DNA from: Pristiophorus japonicus
Taxonomy: Eukaryota
Assembly (NCBI RefSeq): GCF_044704955.1
Contig: NC_091989.1
Span: forward strand, 56,358,001 to 56,422,000
Length of the DNA stretch: 64,000 nucleotides
Direction of reading: 5' to 3'
Position numbers and translations under genes: made by a program
Shown: positions 49,801 through 60,799 of the stretch, piece after piece
Position numbering within the stretch: the first letter of the stretch is position 1
Layout: every line of letters begins with the position of its first letter
Notes under the pieces: model-generated
What the model saw: only the letters and a program-made list of their open reading frames with translations
Databases searched by the model: none
Told to the model about the DNA's origin: nothing

Positions 49801-50924
49801 CCTGGACGAAGGATCAATGTTATAAAAATCCAGAAGGAATATGGGTTCACCACGACGGCTGCGTGGTGGCCCCCAGATCCTTACTTCCATGGATTGCCCG
49901 ATGTGTTCATACATTCACACATGCGGGCAAAGGGGGATTGGCAGATTATATTTTGGCAACTTGGTATGCACCAGGTATTTCAGCAATTGCAAAACAAATC
50001 TGTGAAAATTGTGTTACCTGTCAGACAATGAATCCGGGTAAGACGGAAAAAGTAGAATCTGCCTCCCACCCAAATCCAGTCGGGCCTTTTGTACATTTAC
50101 AAATGGATTTTATTGAATTACCTATGTGTATGGGATTCAAGTATGTATTAGTTATTGTAGATGTGTTCTCTAGATGGATTGAAGCCTTTCCATGTAAAAA
50201 GGCCGATGCCACTACTGTTGCTAAATGTTTGTTAAAAGAAATTGTACCGCGCTTCGGAATCCCTGCTAAGCTTTCTAGTGATAACGGGTCACATTTCACG
50301 GGAACTGTTATAAGAGAAATGTGTAAAGCTTTGCAGATTAACCAACGTTTTCATTGCAGTTATCATCCACAATCAGCTGGACTTGTTGAAAGATATAATG
50401 GAATGCTTAAAAATAAGCTGGCAAAACTATGCAATGACACTGGACTGAAATGGACAGAACTGCTGCCCTTAGCTTTGATGGTAATGCGATCTGCAACCAA
50501 CAGAACAACAGGCCTGTCACCGCATGAGATAGTTATGGGACGTCCCCAACGACTACCTTTTACAGCACCATTTACTGCAAAACAGATGGACATCCACAAA
50601 ATGGAGGAAAATATGTTGAATTATTGTATTGCACTAACCAAATGTATTTCCAGCTTTCATTCACAGGTAAAGGAAGCCCAAGTCAAGCCAGCGGAAGGGA
50701 AGTGTCATAACCTGGAGCCAGGGGAATTCGTTTACATCAAGATTTTTAAAAGAAAAAGCAGTCTACAGCCAAGATTCGAAGGACCATACCAGGTCTTGCT
50801 GGTGACCAATACTGCAATCAAGGTAAAGGAAAGACCAACATGGATCCACACATCCCATTGCAAACGGGCACCCGACCAGGAGGAAGGGAAGAAGGAATCA
50901 GAGGAACAGAAAAAGGAAGACTGA
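46815..50924 (+). CDS. pol: ERV-C pol: PR - 2H phosphoesterase - RT - tether - RNaseH - IN, uninterrupted frame
   Basis: LVDTGA; LHCTA/PHCTL; IDLCSAFFS, LPQGFTESP, QYVDD; YVDGS, SAQQAELFAL, YTDSRY; HHCC, QMDF, SDNGSHF, YHPQSAG, GPY; protease appears to lack its LLG-RD motif (small in-frame deletion). Confidence 0.95.
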   Translation, partial: RPIPDPSAANKQLPVVSLNAIGEPEVKIRIQGKDIPFLVDTGATYSVLSREDTRGIPTSTNQTSVIGLSGHAQQMFFSNPINVQLEDYEDNHSFLRDLLCKMSATILCSPAGLEVRVPIDKCGAYPLLQPTTPILYAWKNLDPTLSKTLSYLVGSYWCVTRLITDYLKSQTLGKWYETLHCTAYCDNTGSDATAQIFYQPFLHQKHQLMIEQIFIRPEGIAARVELPSHSQSLFRVEESVPHCTLAVAGTHKPQDLGRMVKRMQGSPVQEEWHTRNGTLGQHERGGGYSVKLNGKIYFDVVLEERMLSATSFPVQQSTAELLAKVPEQLWSTHANEVGKMLTAQPYKVAINSTAPLPKKPQYPLSPAAEQGIEPVIKSLLAQGVIVPTRSPCNTPIFPVQKPNSDKWRFVQDLRAVNHSVFPTYPVVPNPAIILASIPASSTYYTVIDLCSAFFSIPIHPESQFLFAFTYKGRQYTWTRLPQGFTESPTIFSQCLKRDLEDVILPAGSTLVQYVDDLLLASPSKLACETDSLVLLKALASKGHKVSKAKLQFVSQKFWYLGHELVRDTRQLTQDRVKAICSAPLPVTKREMKHFLGMTGYCRQWVMSYSEIVRPLLDMSMPARPEKLIWNEVSRNAFQNLKQSLTSAPALGLPDYTKLFNLFVHHKSGFAQSVLTQLHGDRQRPVAYFSTQLDPVARGLPGCLPSLAAAYYAMQQAQTITLNHQTILYIPHSVEILLTTCATQHLTSARTTKYEVERLSNPNLIIKRCTTLNPATLLSTEDDGEPHSCEMVTELVTKPRINLTDVPMCNPDLVYYVDGSALRNDRGQPRAAYAIVTQFNVVETASLPDSFSAQQAELFALTRACILAEGHTVNIYTDSRYAFGVSHDYGQIWKIRGYLTSSGTPIKNAEQVENLLRAIQCPLKLAIIKCQAHTGQSNEVALGNARADNAAKSAALSKGGMQVSLFPLRKNNCSDPPPTINDVLAFQTQASTEEVVTWTKDQCYKNPEGIWVHHDGCVVAPRSLLPWIARCVHTFTHAGKGGLADYILATWYAPGISAIAKQICENCVTCQTMNPGKTEKVESASHPNPVGPFVHLQMDFIELPMCMGFKYVLVIVDVFSRWIEAFPCKKADATTVAKCLLKEIVPRFGIPAKLSSDNGSHFTGTVIREMCKALQINQRFHCSYHPQSAGLVERYNGMLKNKLAKLCNDTGLKWTELLPLALMVMRSATNRTTGLSPHEIVMGRPQRLPFTAPFTAKQMDIHKMEENMLNYCIALTKCISSFHSQVKEAQVKPAEGKCHNLEPGEFVYIKIFKRKSSLQPRFEGPYQVLLVTNTAIKVKERPTWIHTSHCKRAPDQEEGKKESEEQKKED

Positions 50925-52319
50925 ATAAGGAACTGTATGGACTATGGGGACTGATGGTGCTGGGCTTGACAGGGTTTTACTTCGCATTATTGATTACACC
51001 AGGGGTACAGACCCGCCACCGAAGGGAATTGCACGTAAACGTATTTATGGCGCTGAGTCATAGATATGTTCACGAAAGAAACTTGTCAAGTTGTTGGGTG
51101 TGTTCCCATGTGCCTGTCCACTCCAGGGGGGGTATTCCCCTGAGATCTGTCCCCTTTAACGAATCAGAAATAGTCGAATGGTTGACAGTGCAAAATAGGA
51201 CAAAACTAACTAAGGGGCCAGAAACGAAGGAGCAAATAGAATAGAGGTCGGCAGGGTATAAACTTACAGCCTTCCAGGGATGGTACCAACCCAATTATGA
51301 TAATAACCATCAGCCTCCCTTCCTAAGCATTACTCCCAGAATAGAAAATCCCGAAGGTATAATATGCCTAGTGAGTAATGAGACTAAAGGACCAGAAATG
51401 GGACGCAGCAAGTGTTCCCAAATGATTAAATGGCAAGCCACAACTAATTCCACTGAGAGAAAGATAGCAACCCGTTGGCTGGACAACGGTCCATAACAAA
51501 GCCCCAGGTAAAGGGTGGGAAGGTGAGACCACTCGAGTAGGGACAGTGCGAAAGGACCAGGAGCTGACGTCCTATAATTGCACCTACTTTATTTGTGGCC
51601 ATAAAGCCTACCCATGGTTACCAGCCAACTGGACAGGGTCCTGTTACTTAGGATATGTGGTACCCCTTATCAGATCAGTAAAGACTCTAAGGGAGGCCTA
51701 TGGAAGTCACAGATTTAAACGGGATTTGACGTGGCTAAACGGAATATTCAAGGTAATGGTGCCACCCTATAGAATAGCATCAACCGAATGGCAGTTACGG
51801 GAACTGGCTAACTTAGTCGAATCAGTAGCCAACGCAACTTCCCAAGCCTTTGAAGGGATAAATGACGAAATGGTAGCTATTCGAACAGTGGCTCTCCAAA
51901 ATCGTATGGCCTTAGATTATCTCCTAGCCAAGGAGGGAGGAACATGCGCATTAATAGGTGAAGAATGCTGTACATATATCCCAGATAAATCAGAAGATAT
52001 CGGCAGTCTAGCTGAAAACATCAGGAAAAAGGTAATAGAGTATAAACAGACAGTTGGCCAGGACGGTATCACCTTGTGGGGTTGGGCATCAGGATGGTTG
52101 GGAGCCCTGGGGAAATCTGTGGTACAGGGTTTGATCATATTCCTGCTGATAGTCTTCGCCCTGTATCTATTATTTGTCGTCGTTAAGTGTTGCTGTGCCA
52201 GGGTGGGAGAAACTATGTTACCTACCGAGACCACGGCTAGAGTTATGGTAGCAACAACTGCTGAAGGCTCTTGTGTGGAAATGGAAATGGAGAGACTGTA
52301 CAAGATCAGAATGGATTAA
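50921..52319 (+). pseudogene. env: ERV-C envelope, gamma-type (stop at 51242, frameshift ~51.5 kb)
   Basis: Hydrophobic signal; CWVC; furin site RFKR; ISD LQNRMALDYLLA; CALIGEECC; TM LIIFLLIVFALYLLFVVV. Confidence 0.93.
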
Positions 52320-52349
52320 GTTGTCCTTGTGAAGGACAAAATGGGGGAA

Positions 52350-53042
52350 TGTGGAAATGTATTTTTATCTAAGCTGATACCATACGGTATTTGTGTGCCC
52401 TTTGCAATATATATATATCAAAATGGAGTCCTGGCCCTTCCAGAACTTTCTGCATTTTAGCAGTCAGCTTGCATAAACAGCTAAACCTGGTTTGAGATGG
52501 CTGATGGCCATCAGACAGCTAGGAGACAAGTCATGCTGAGACAAGTACCTCCCCCCCCCCATGGTGCTCTCCTATTGTCTACACAACAAGAGTTCCATGT
52601 CACCCCACCCTTATCTTCTAGCCATTATCTCTTGCAGAGACCTCATCCATTTGATGCAAACAGATAAACTGACCAGGAAATTGAACTATCCTGACACAAT
52701 ACAAGACAGGTGATAGCCCATTACCTATGACTCATGGAGTAATGGCCGGCTGGTCAACTGATAACCCTGACAAAAGGAAATATCTGGATACCATGTCAGG
52801 ACCAGGATATAGTAATTAACTCTTTATCTGCATTCACTGACTGTGAGACAGAGCAATACACAGGGAGAGGCCATAACTTGGGTTTTACTGTATAAATATC
52901 TTGTTAAACTGAACCATTTCGGTGGTGTTCGCTTAGCCCTTGACTGAGTGTAACCTGCCCCTTGCTAGCAAGCGAATTAAAGAAACTTCTACCGGAGCTG
53001 TAAGTGTCGGAGTCATTCGTTTCAGAGGTCGAGATTTCGACA
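52350..53042 (+). repeat. ERV-C 3' LTR (693 bp)
   Basis: TGTGGAAAT...ATTTCGACA inverted termini after the PPT; TATAAA ~52891; ATTAAA ~52976. Confidence 0.88.
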
Positions 53043-56025
53043 CTCCAGACTATTGTCGCTCTCCCTAAGGTCTGGCAAGCCAAGGATGGATGATATGGCC
53101 TTGAGACTTTCAGTAGTGACGGGATACTCTTTAGTTCCGTTGGCTGGACGCACTCTCGTCCGTGTCTGTGATGTCGACTGCCGCGATCTTCCTCCCTCCC
53201 CAGAGATTTTGCCTCTGGCATTGGGAAGACGCATTCGGATTGTTTTGGCTGGAGTCACACTCTGCTTGGTCGACTTGGAGCCTCTTCCATCATTGTGAAG
53301 AGGTCGTCGGCTTTGGGTGGTGGGTACCGCGCCTGTACCGCTGCTCGGTTGATCTTCACCTCCTCGTGGTCGATGAGCGGTCTGTGCCTCGTGAATCTGC
53401 AAATGGATCTGCACTTCGATGCCTGGTTCAGCTGAAGGTGGAGGCTTGCACAGCCTTTGAGCAAGCGAGACGTCATTCGCCGGAGAAGTACGCAGAGGTC
53501 TTCCAGTTCCATCAAATCTTCCCCATCCACCTTCTATCAAGTAGCATTGGCCCATCACCTGAAACAATTCACAGTGGTAAATCGTGCATCGTTCCCTCAT
53601 GGGATACTCTTATGTCCGCACTACCAATAACTGGTATCGGGTTCCTTGTTGTAGATGCGCAGCTTTGCCTGAATCAGGATCAGCTTGGGTCATTGTGCTC
53701 TGTTGCCCCACAGCCTCTCGAATGCCTTCTGGCTCATTATTGATTGACTCGCCCCCGTGTTCAATTCCATGGAGACTGGAGTGCCGTTGAGTTTGACTTT
53801 TAACATTATCGGAGGGCTTTTGGTGGTGAAGATGTGTATTCCATATACTTCCTCTTCATCCTCAGGTTGAATTGCCTCTCCTGCTCATTCAGCGTGATCC
53901 TCGCTGGATCGGTCGTCCTCTCCTGACTCTGCCACGTGGTGAGTCACAGGTCTTTTGCACATTTGCTGGAGGTGCCCCATTGTTCCACAGCCCTTGCACA
54001 CATAGTGCTTGAATCTACATTGATGGGCTCTATGACTGCCCCTGCAGCGCCAACATGGTGTTAATGGATACGCATTCACGCCCTATGGCAGACTCAGTCA
54101 CCCTAGGTCTGGCCTCTGCGATCATGTAGGCCCTGCCATGTACAGTTCTGCCTGCTGAAGGCATTATTTTATGCACAGTACTTTCCGGTGAGCTTCGATT
54201 CTGTGAAGATATATTTCGTGTTGTCGCTCGTGGATATGAAAGCCTGGGCTATCGTGATGGCCTTGCTCAGATCTAGGGATTCGGCAGACAGCAGTTTGCG
54301 AAGAATGACCTCGTGGCCGATTCCAAGCACGAAAAAGTCCCATAACATTTCCCCCAAAGATCTGGCAAATTCGCACTGTCCCGCAGGGCATCTTAGGTCG
54401 GCGACAAAGCTCGCCATGTTCTGGCCCTCGGAGCGATGGTGCATATAAAAGCGATACCTGGCCATTAAGATGCTCTCCTTCAGTTTGAGGTGTTCCTGAA
54501 CCAGCATGCACAGCTCTGTGTAGGCCTTGTCCGTTGGTTTGTCCAGTGCCAGCAGATTTTTGAGGAGGCCATATATCGAAGACCCACATACGGTGAGGAG
54601 AATCGCCCTGCGTTTGACCGCCGTCTCAGCCTTGTCCAGTTCATTGACCACGAAGTACTGGTCGAGACACTCAATGAAGGCTTCCCAATCATCACCCTCA
54701 ACAAAACTTTCCAGAATACCAACGGCAGCCATTACCATGTGAAAGTTTGTGATCCGTTATTCGTTGCCAATTGTTATGTTCAGAATAACTCCACAAGACT
54801 GTATTGTAAGCTCAAACTGTTGTGACCTTGGTCTCTTTAATGTAACTCCAGAGTGAGGAAGCAGCATGGTAGATTACCTTTTATACCTGCTTGCCCAGGG
54901 TGCAGAGGTGACCTTTAGGTCTCCCACAGGTGTGCCCCCTGGTGGCAAGTCTTACATATTGGTGAGGTTTACATACATACATGACAAGTTATGCCACGGA
55001 TAAGTGGCCAGAAGCTCATTTCCGGGTCAAATATGACACCTCGGTTGCGAACTGTCTGGTTCGGTCTCAATTTGGCATGCGCACGCTCCAGTGCAAAAGA
55101 GTTTGGTTCAGAATATTGCATCCAACATACTCTGATCCTAAGATGGTAGTTGATTATCAGATCCATTTGAGCCTTTTGAATAGGGGAACAGAAATGGAGC
55201 TTGGAACCTGTCATGACCTTCTAGACGAATCCCATTTGACAAGCTCCATGCCCAGCTTGCATCTACCATTCACTGGAAATCATATTTCAAATCATGATTC
55301 TATTATTTGAAACATTCGAAACCACAATAAGAATTGATGGATATTGTTCACCGATAAAAGTAAAGGCCGCGTCCTGTTTTAGTCCTCTGGCCAGTGACAA
55401 ACAATTCAGTCTATCTTAACCAAAGTCAGTGCTTAATATGGTCATTTAAAGAAACAGAATGCATTATATTCAGAGCTGAACTAAGACTGTCCTAGAAGTA
55501 TAGAAGGTTCGAGGAGAATTAATAGCCATAGCCCTTGTGCAAGTACATAGCCAAGAACCACTCCTTGTTCAGTCATTTTTCTTCTAACAATTTGTTATCT
55601 TGTGTGCAATGAATTGCTTTTACAGTAAAACTGTGTTCAGCGCAGCAAAATGTCACCATGACGGGAGCCAGCAGATTCAGCGTTACTAACTGACAGTTTA
55701 ACAAAATGGGAAAGACAGCAAGTTCAAGTCCAGACACAGTAAATACTCGGCTCAGCTTGAAACTGATGCATCTTTGACACTGATTTCTAAGACTCTCTAA
55801 TCTTTCTGCTGCAGAATGCAGCTCCAGTAATGAGGAAACTATAGTGAGAACATACTGAACCCTGATCTTAAACTGATTACACACTTCGCAAAATAAATGT
55901 AAATACTATGTAATTATGAGATTCAGTCAGTGCACAAAGATTAAACACTTCCAACTGGGAACACTGATTAATCTGTAATATGGAATGCATAATACATTTT
56001 AAGAGCATTATAAATTGTAATAACT

Positions 56026-56178
56026 GGGGGCAATTTTAACCTAAGACGCTCGGTGGGATATTGACAGGATCGGATTGGCCGTCTGTTTTACACTCCGCCC
56101 GATTTTATTTTCAAAATCGGGCAGCCGATCCGATCCCATCAGTTTCTTGCTGGGTGGGTTAGTTTAAAATGACCCCCC
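56026..56178. mobile_element. Short Harbinger-type MITE
   Basis: GGGGGCAATTTTAA / TTTAAAATGACCCCC inverted termini. Confidence 0.55.
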
Positions 56179-56559
56179 ATCAGTCCTGATCAATCAGGAG
56201 CAGTGACAGCAGATGTCGCAAACCCAAATTACAAATTCAGATCCATATTTTCAGCGAAGAAAATGTATGACTTCATTGAACATTCTGTTACTTAGCAACC
56301 TTAGGTATTGTCACAGGATTGCTGGGTTGAAAGTGATTTCTGAGGGTTTCTGGGCAGCAAATGTACAGGGTTGTCATTTACTAAGAGGATAATTAGTAGA
56401 AGATAGTTTTGCTTGAAGCTAGATCATTGTACCACGGTACGTCAGGCAGTATCTGTGGAGAGAGAAACAGACACTGCCTGACCTGCTGAGTAGATCCAGC
56501 ATTTTCTGTTTTTATTTCAGATGTCCAGCATCCGCAGTATTTTGCTTTTCCATTATATC

Positions 56560-56972
56560 CATCATCATCGTCATAGGCAGTCCCTCGGAATCGAGGAAGA
56601 CTTGCTTCCACTCCTGAAGTGAGTTCTTTGGTGGCTGAACAGTCCAATACGAGAGCCACAGACTCTTGTCACAGGTGCTTGATTTTTGCATGCTCTCGGC
56701 GTTGAGACTCGAGGTGCTCAGCGCCCTTTCGGATGCACTTCCTCCACTTAAGGCGGTCTTGGGCCAGGGACTCCCAGGTGTCGGTGGGGATGTCGCACTT
56801 TATCAGGGAGGCATTGAGGGTGTCCTTGCAGCGTTTCTGCTGCCCACCTTTGGCTTGTTCGCCATGAAGGAGCTCCGAGTAGAGCATTTGCTTTGGGAGT
56901 CTCGTGTCTGGCATGCGAACTATGTGGCCTGCCCAGCGGAGCTGATCGAGGGTGGTCAGTGCTTCAATGCTG
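56560..56972 (-). mobile_element. RTE LINE 3' fragment
   Basis: MPDTRLPKQMLYSEL..DTWESLAQDR and the (CAT)n-AGGCAGTCCCTCG tail. Confidence 0.85.
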
Positions 56973-57348
56973 TTATATCCACGGTGTTAGTGAAGGCATG
57001 TACAAAACCTGGGAATCCACACTGCCGGTAAAGTGAGTTAAAAAAGATGACCACTTATCTATAGTGACTGCTACACTGCAGGACAATATGTTCTCCAGCT
57101 GCTATGTCTAACATAAGTGTAATTTGCTCAGTATGTAGGAGTCGGGCATGGGGAAGCCAATGCTCAAGGATAATCCCACTGGAAAGATATTGTAATGTTA
57201 TATCATCACTGCTGTTTCCCTACTCACAGTCCTTATGGATTCTACGTGGGCCATTATTATTGTGATAGATGGAGATATTACAAAGATATCCCTGCTTTTG
57301 AAATGGAGCTAGATTATTCACTGAATGCAAATGGATATAATATCACTA

Positions 57349-59529
57349 CAGGTTGAGCGTCCGAAATCCAGAGTTCTGAAATTCGGAATGTTCCGGAATC
57401 CTGACATTGGGCCGATCCGTGGCTTGGTCGTCCGGAAACCAGAAAATGTTCCGAAATCCAGACTCCCCCGCCTCGGCTGCCCGACCTCCCCACCCGCCTC
57501 AGCCCCCCGGTCTTGGCCCGGCCTCACCCCGGCCCTCGGTGGCCCGACCTCCCCCTCTTTACCTCGGCGGCCTGACCTCCCCTTCCTTACCTCGGCGGCC
57601 CGACCTCCCCTTCTTTACCTCGGCAGCCCGACCTCCCCCAGCCCTCGGCGGCCCGACCTCCCCCTCTTTACCTCGGCGGCCCGACCTCCCCCTCTTTACC
57701 TCGGTGGCCCGACCTCCCCCAGCCCTCGGCGGCCCGACCTCCCCCTCTTTACCTCGGCGGCCTGACCTCCCCTTCCTTACCTCGGCGGCCCGACCTCCCC
57801 CCCCTTACCTCGGTGGCCCGACCTCGCCTCGGCGGCCTGACCTCCCCCCCCCTTACCTCGGCGGCCCGACCTCCCCCCCCTTACCTCGGCAGCCCGACCT
57901 CCCCCCCCCTAACCTCGGCGGCCTGACCTCCCCCCCCTTACCTCGGCGGCCTGACCCCCCCCCCCCTTACCTCGGTGGCCCGACCTCCCCCCCCCGGCCC
58001 TCGGTGGCCCGACCTCCCCCCCCTTACCTCGGCGGCCTGACCTCCCCCCCCTTACCTTGGCGGCCTGACCTCCCCCCCTTACCTCGGTGGCCCGACCTCG
58101 CCTCGGCGGCCTGACCTCCCCCCCCCTTACCTCGGCGGCCCGACCTCCCCCCCCTTACCTCGGCGGCCCGACCTCCCCCCCCCTTACCTCGGTGGCCCGA
58201 CCTCGCCTCGGCGGCCTGACCTCCCCCCCCCTTACCTCGGCGGCCCGACCTCCCCCCCTTACCTCGGCGGCCCGACCTCCCCCCCCTTACCTCGGTGGCC
58301 TGACCTCCCCCCCCCTAACCTCGGCGGCCTGACCTCCCCCCCCTTACCTCGGCGGCCTGACCCCCCCCCCCCTTACCTCGGCGGCCCGACCTCCCCCCCC
58401 CTTACCTCGGCGGCCCGACCTCCCCCCCCTTACCTCGGCAGCCTGACCTCCCCCCCCTTACCTTGGCGGCCCGACCTCCCCCCCCTTACCTCGGCAGCCT
58501 GACCTCCCCCCCCTTACCTTGGCGGCCTGACCTCCCCCCCCTTACCTCGGTGGCCCGACCTCCCCCCCCGGCCCTCGGTGGCCCGACCTCCCCCCCCTTA
58601 CCTCGGCGGCCTGACCTCCCCCCCCTTACCTCGGCGGCCTGACCTCCCCCCCTTACCTCGGTGGCCCGACCTCCCCCCCCTTACCTCGGTGGCCCGACCT
58701 CGCCTCGGCGGCCTGACCTCCCCCCCCTTACCTCGGCGGCCCGACCTCCCCCCCCTTACCTCGGCGGCCTGACCTCCCCCCCCTTACCTTGGCGGCCTGA
58801 CCTCCCCCCCCCTTACCTCGGTGGCCCGACCTCGCCTCGGCGGCCTGACCTCCCCCCCCTTACCTCGGCGGCCCGACCTCCCCCCCCTTACCTCGGCGGC
58901 CTGGCCTCCCCCACCTTACCTCGGCGGCCTGACCTCCCCCCCCTTACCTCGGCGGCCTGACCTCCCCCCCCTTACCTCGGCGGCCCGACCTCCCCCCCCT
59001 TACCTCGGCGGCCTGACCTCCCCCCCTTACCTCGGTGGCCTGACCTCCCCCCCCTTACCTCGGTGGCCCGACCTCCCCCCCCTTACTTCGGTGGCCCGAC
59101 CTCGCCTCGGCGGCCTGACCTCCCCCCCCTTACCTCGGCGGCCCGACCTCCCCCCCCTTACCTCGGCGGCCTGACCTCCCCCCCCTTACCTCGGCGGCCT
59201 GACCTCCCCCCCCCTTACCTCGGCGGCCTGACCTTCCCCCCCCCTTACCTCGGCGGCCTGGCCTCCCCCCCCTTACCTCGGTGGCCTGACTTTCCCCCCC
59301 CCTTACCTCGGCGGCCTGACCTTCCCCCCCCCTTACCTCGGTGGCCCGACCTCCCCCCCTTACCTCGGTGGCCCGACCTCGCCCCGGCCCTCGGCGACCC
59401 TACCCCACTTACCACGGCTTCCCTCCCCTCCCCACCCCTACCTCTCTCAGCCCAGGGAAAGACATTCCAAAATCCGGAAATATCCAGAATCCGGAACAGC
59501 CTCAGTCCCGCAGTTTCTGGATTTCGGAC
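57349..59529. mobile_element. Tigger/pogo-like MITE with an internal minisatellite
   Basis: TA|CAGGTTGAGCGTCCGAAATCCAGA left end; TCTGGATTTCGGAC right subterminal inverted repeat; repeated TCCGGA motifs; outermost right TIR missing. Confidence 0.6.
57463..59400. repeat. GC-rich minisatellite, ~28-bp unit CTTACCTCGGCGGCCCGACCTCCCCCCC
   Basis: Directly visible tandem array, roughly 65-70 units (length/unit), with variable C-run length. Confidence 0.97.
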
Positions 59530-59599
59530 ATTACATCACTAAAGAGCTATCCAATTAGTCCCACTCCCCTGCTCTTTCTCCATAGACTTGCAATTTCCA

Positions 59600-60005
59600 C
59601 TGAGTCAGAAGATTGTGGGTTCAGGGACTTGAACACAAAAAAAATCGAGACTGACACTCCAGTGCAATGCTGAGGGAGCACTAGCACTGCACTGTCGGAG
59701 GTGCCATCTTTCGGATGTGACATTAAATATCTGCTCTCTCAAATGGACGTAAAAGATCCCTTGGCATTATTTTGAAGGTGAGCAGGGAAGTTATCCCCGG
59801 TGTCCTGGTCAATATTTATCCCTCAATCAACATAACAAAAAAACAGATTATCTGGTCATTATCACATTGCTATTTGTGGGAGCTGGCTTATGCGCAAATT
59901 CTCTGCCGCATTTCCTACACTCCAAAAGTACTTTATTGGCTGTAAAGTGCTTTAAGAAGTCCGGTGGTCGTGAAAGGTGCTATATAAATCCAAGTCTTTC
60001 TTTCT
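59600..60005 (+). mobile_element. Deu-domain SINE
   Basis: CTGAGTCAGAAGATTGTGGGTTCA head; TTTATCCCTCAATCAACAT body; CTATATAAATCCAAGTCTTTC tail. Confidence 0.78.
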
Positions 60006-60799
60006 TTTCATTCTTTCTTTTAAAAAGGACCATTCAATGCATTTGCATTTGCGCCACCCTGGGGGCGCTAATGTGATGCAAATGCATTACCGCCTGGGCA
60101 CGGAGCTGACAACAACTCCCGCCAAATTGGGCGGGTAGTTAGCGGCGGCACTACGGCTTTGCACCCTGATCTCCTGCTCCCGGAGATTGTGAAGTCATAG
60201 CCACGTGCATCTCCCCATTAGCACCACGACCCCGACATTCACTTTCACCCCCTGCAGCAGCTCCGGGCAAAAACACTGGCCTGGCGCTAAGTTTCTCGCC
60301 CCTCCCCCCCAAAAGGGGCGATAATGAATTCTCCCCCCATATTACGACTACAAGCAGAGCAGGCCTGCAGCCAAGTATTCTCAGCTCCTCCTTCTTCCTC
60401 CCAACATTAAATACAAAAAAGGCTCTGGCTTGGTCAAACAATCTGTATGCTGCACACGAGGCGAGCCAAGACTGAAATGCCTGTTGAATAGTATAAAGTC
60501 TGCTTGTGGATATTTACAGGTTTAAATGTAAATGATAGGCAAATAAAGCTAAATTAGGGGAGTAGGTTTACCCTGTCATGTCACTAAAAATCTCTACCAT
60601 GCTTTGACATAAAAATCTAGCTTATGGTCACTAAGCAATCAGATGTGCACAATTCCCATGATGTGCAATGGAATCTTCTTATTGGCTTCTACAAATTGAA
60701 TACTAAAGATTATGATTTGATTTGTTGAAGTTAGATAGACATCTAGAACGTTCTGTGGAGTATTTTATAGTGTTTCGTTTTCATTTTGCATGCACATCT

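Larger units (their letters stand above)
46514..53042 (+). mobile_element. ERV-C: 5'-truncated epsilonretrovirus-like provirus
   Basis: gag NC remnant, open pol, gamma-type env, PPT AAAATGGGGGAA, single 3' LTR; no 5' LTR or PBS. Confidence 0.93.
45125..54986 (-). mobile_element. Gypsy-2: internally deleted Mag-like LTR retrotransposon interrupted by ERV-C
   Basis: LTRs 45125-45337 and 54772-54986; TSD AGTTAT; degenerate Ser PBS; gag ORF 54169-54738 (DDWEAFIECLDQYF); knuckles [17 protein letters not shown]; RT remnant RYPPPKADDLF; integrase C-terminal remnant near 45.7 kb. Confidence 0.9.
44240..55075 (-). mobile_element. L2-like LINE fragment hosting a solo LTR, Gypsy-2 and ERV-C
   Basis: Same family as 3925-5268; sequence GGTTTTAGTTAT|GCCACGGATAAGTGGCCAGAAGCTCATTT resumes at 54987. 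Confidence 0.8.

Noticed and set aside
57325-59673. Pro-rich extensin-like ORFs
   Set aside because: Translations of the minisatellite; no gene structure
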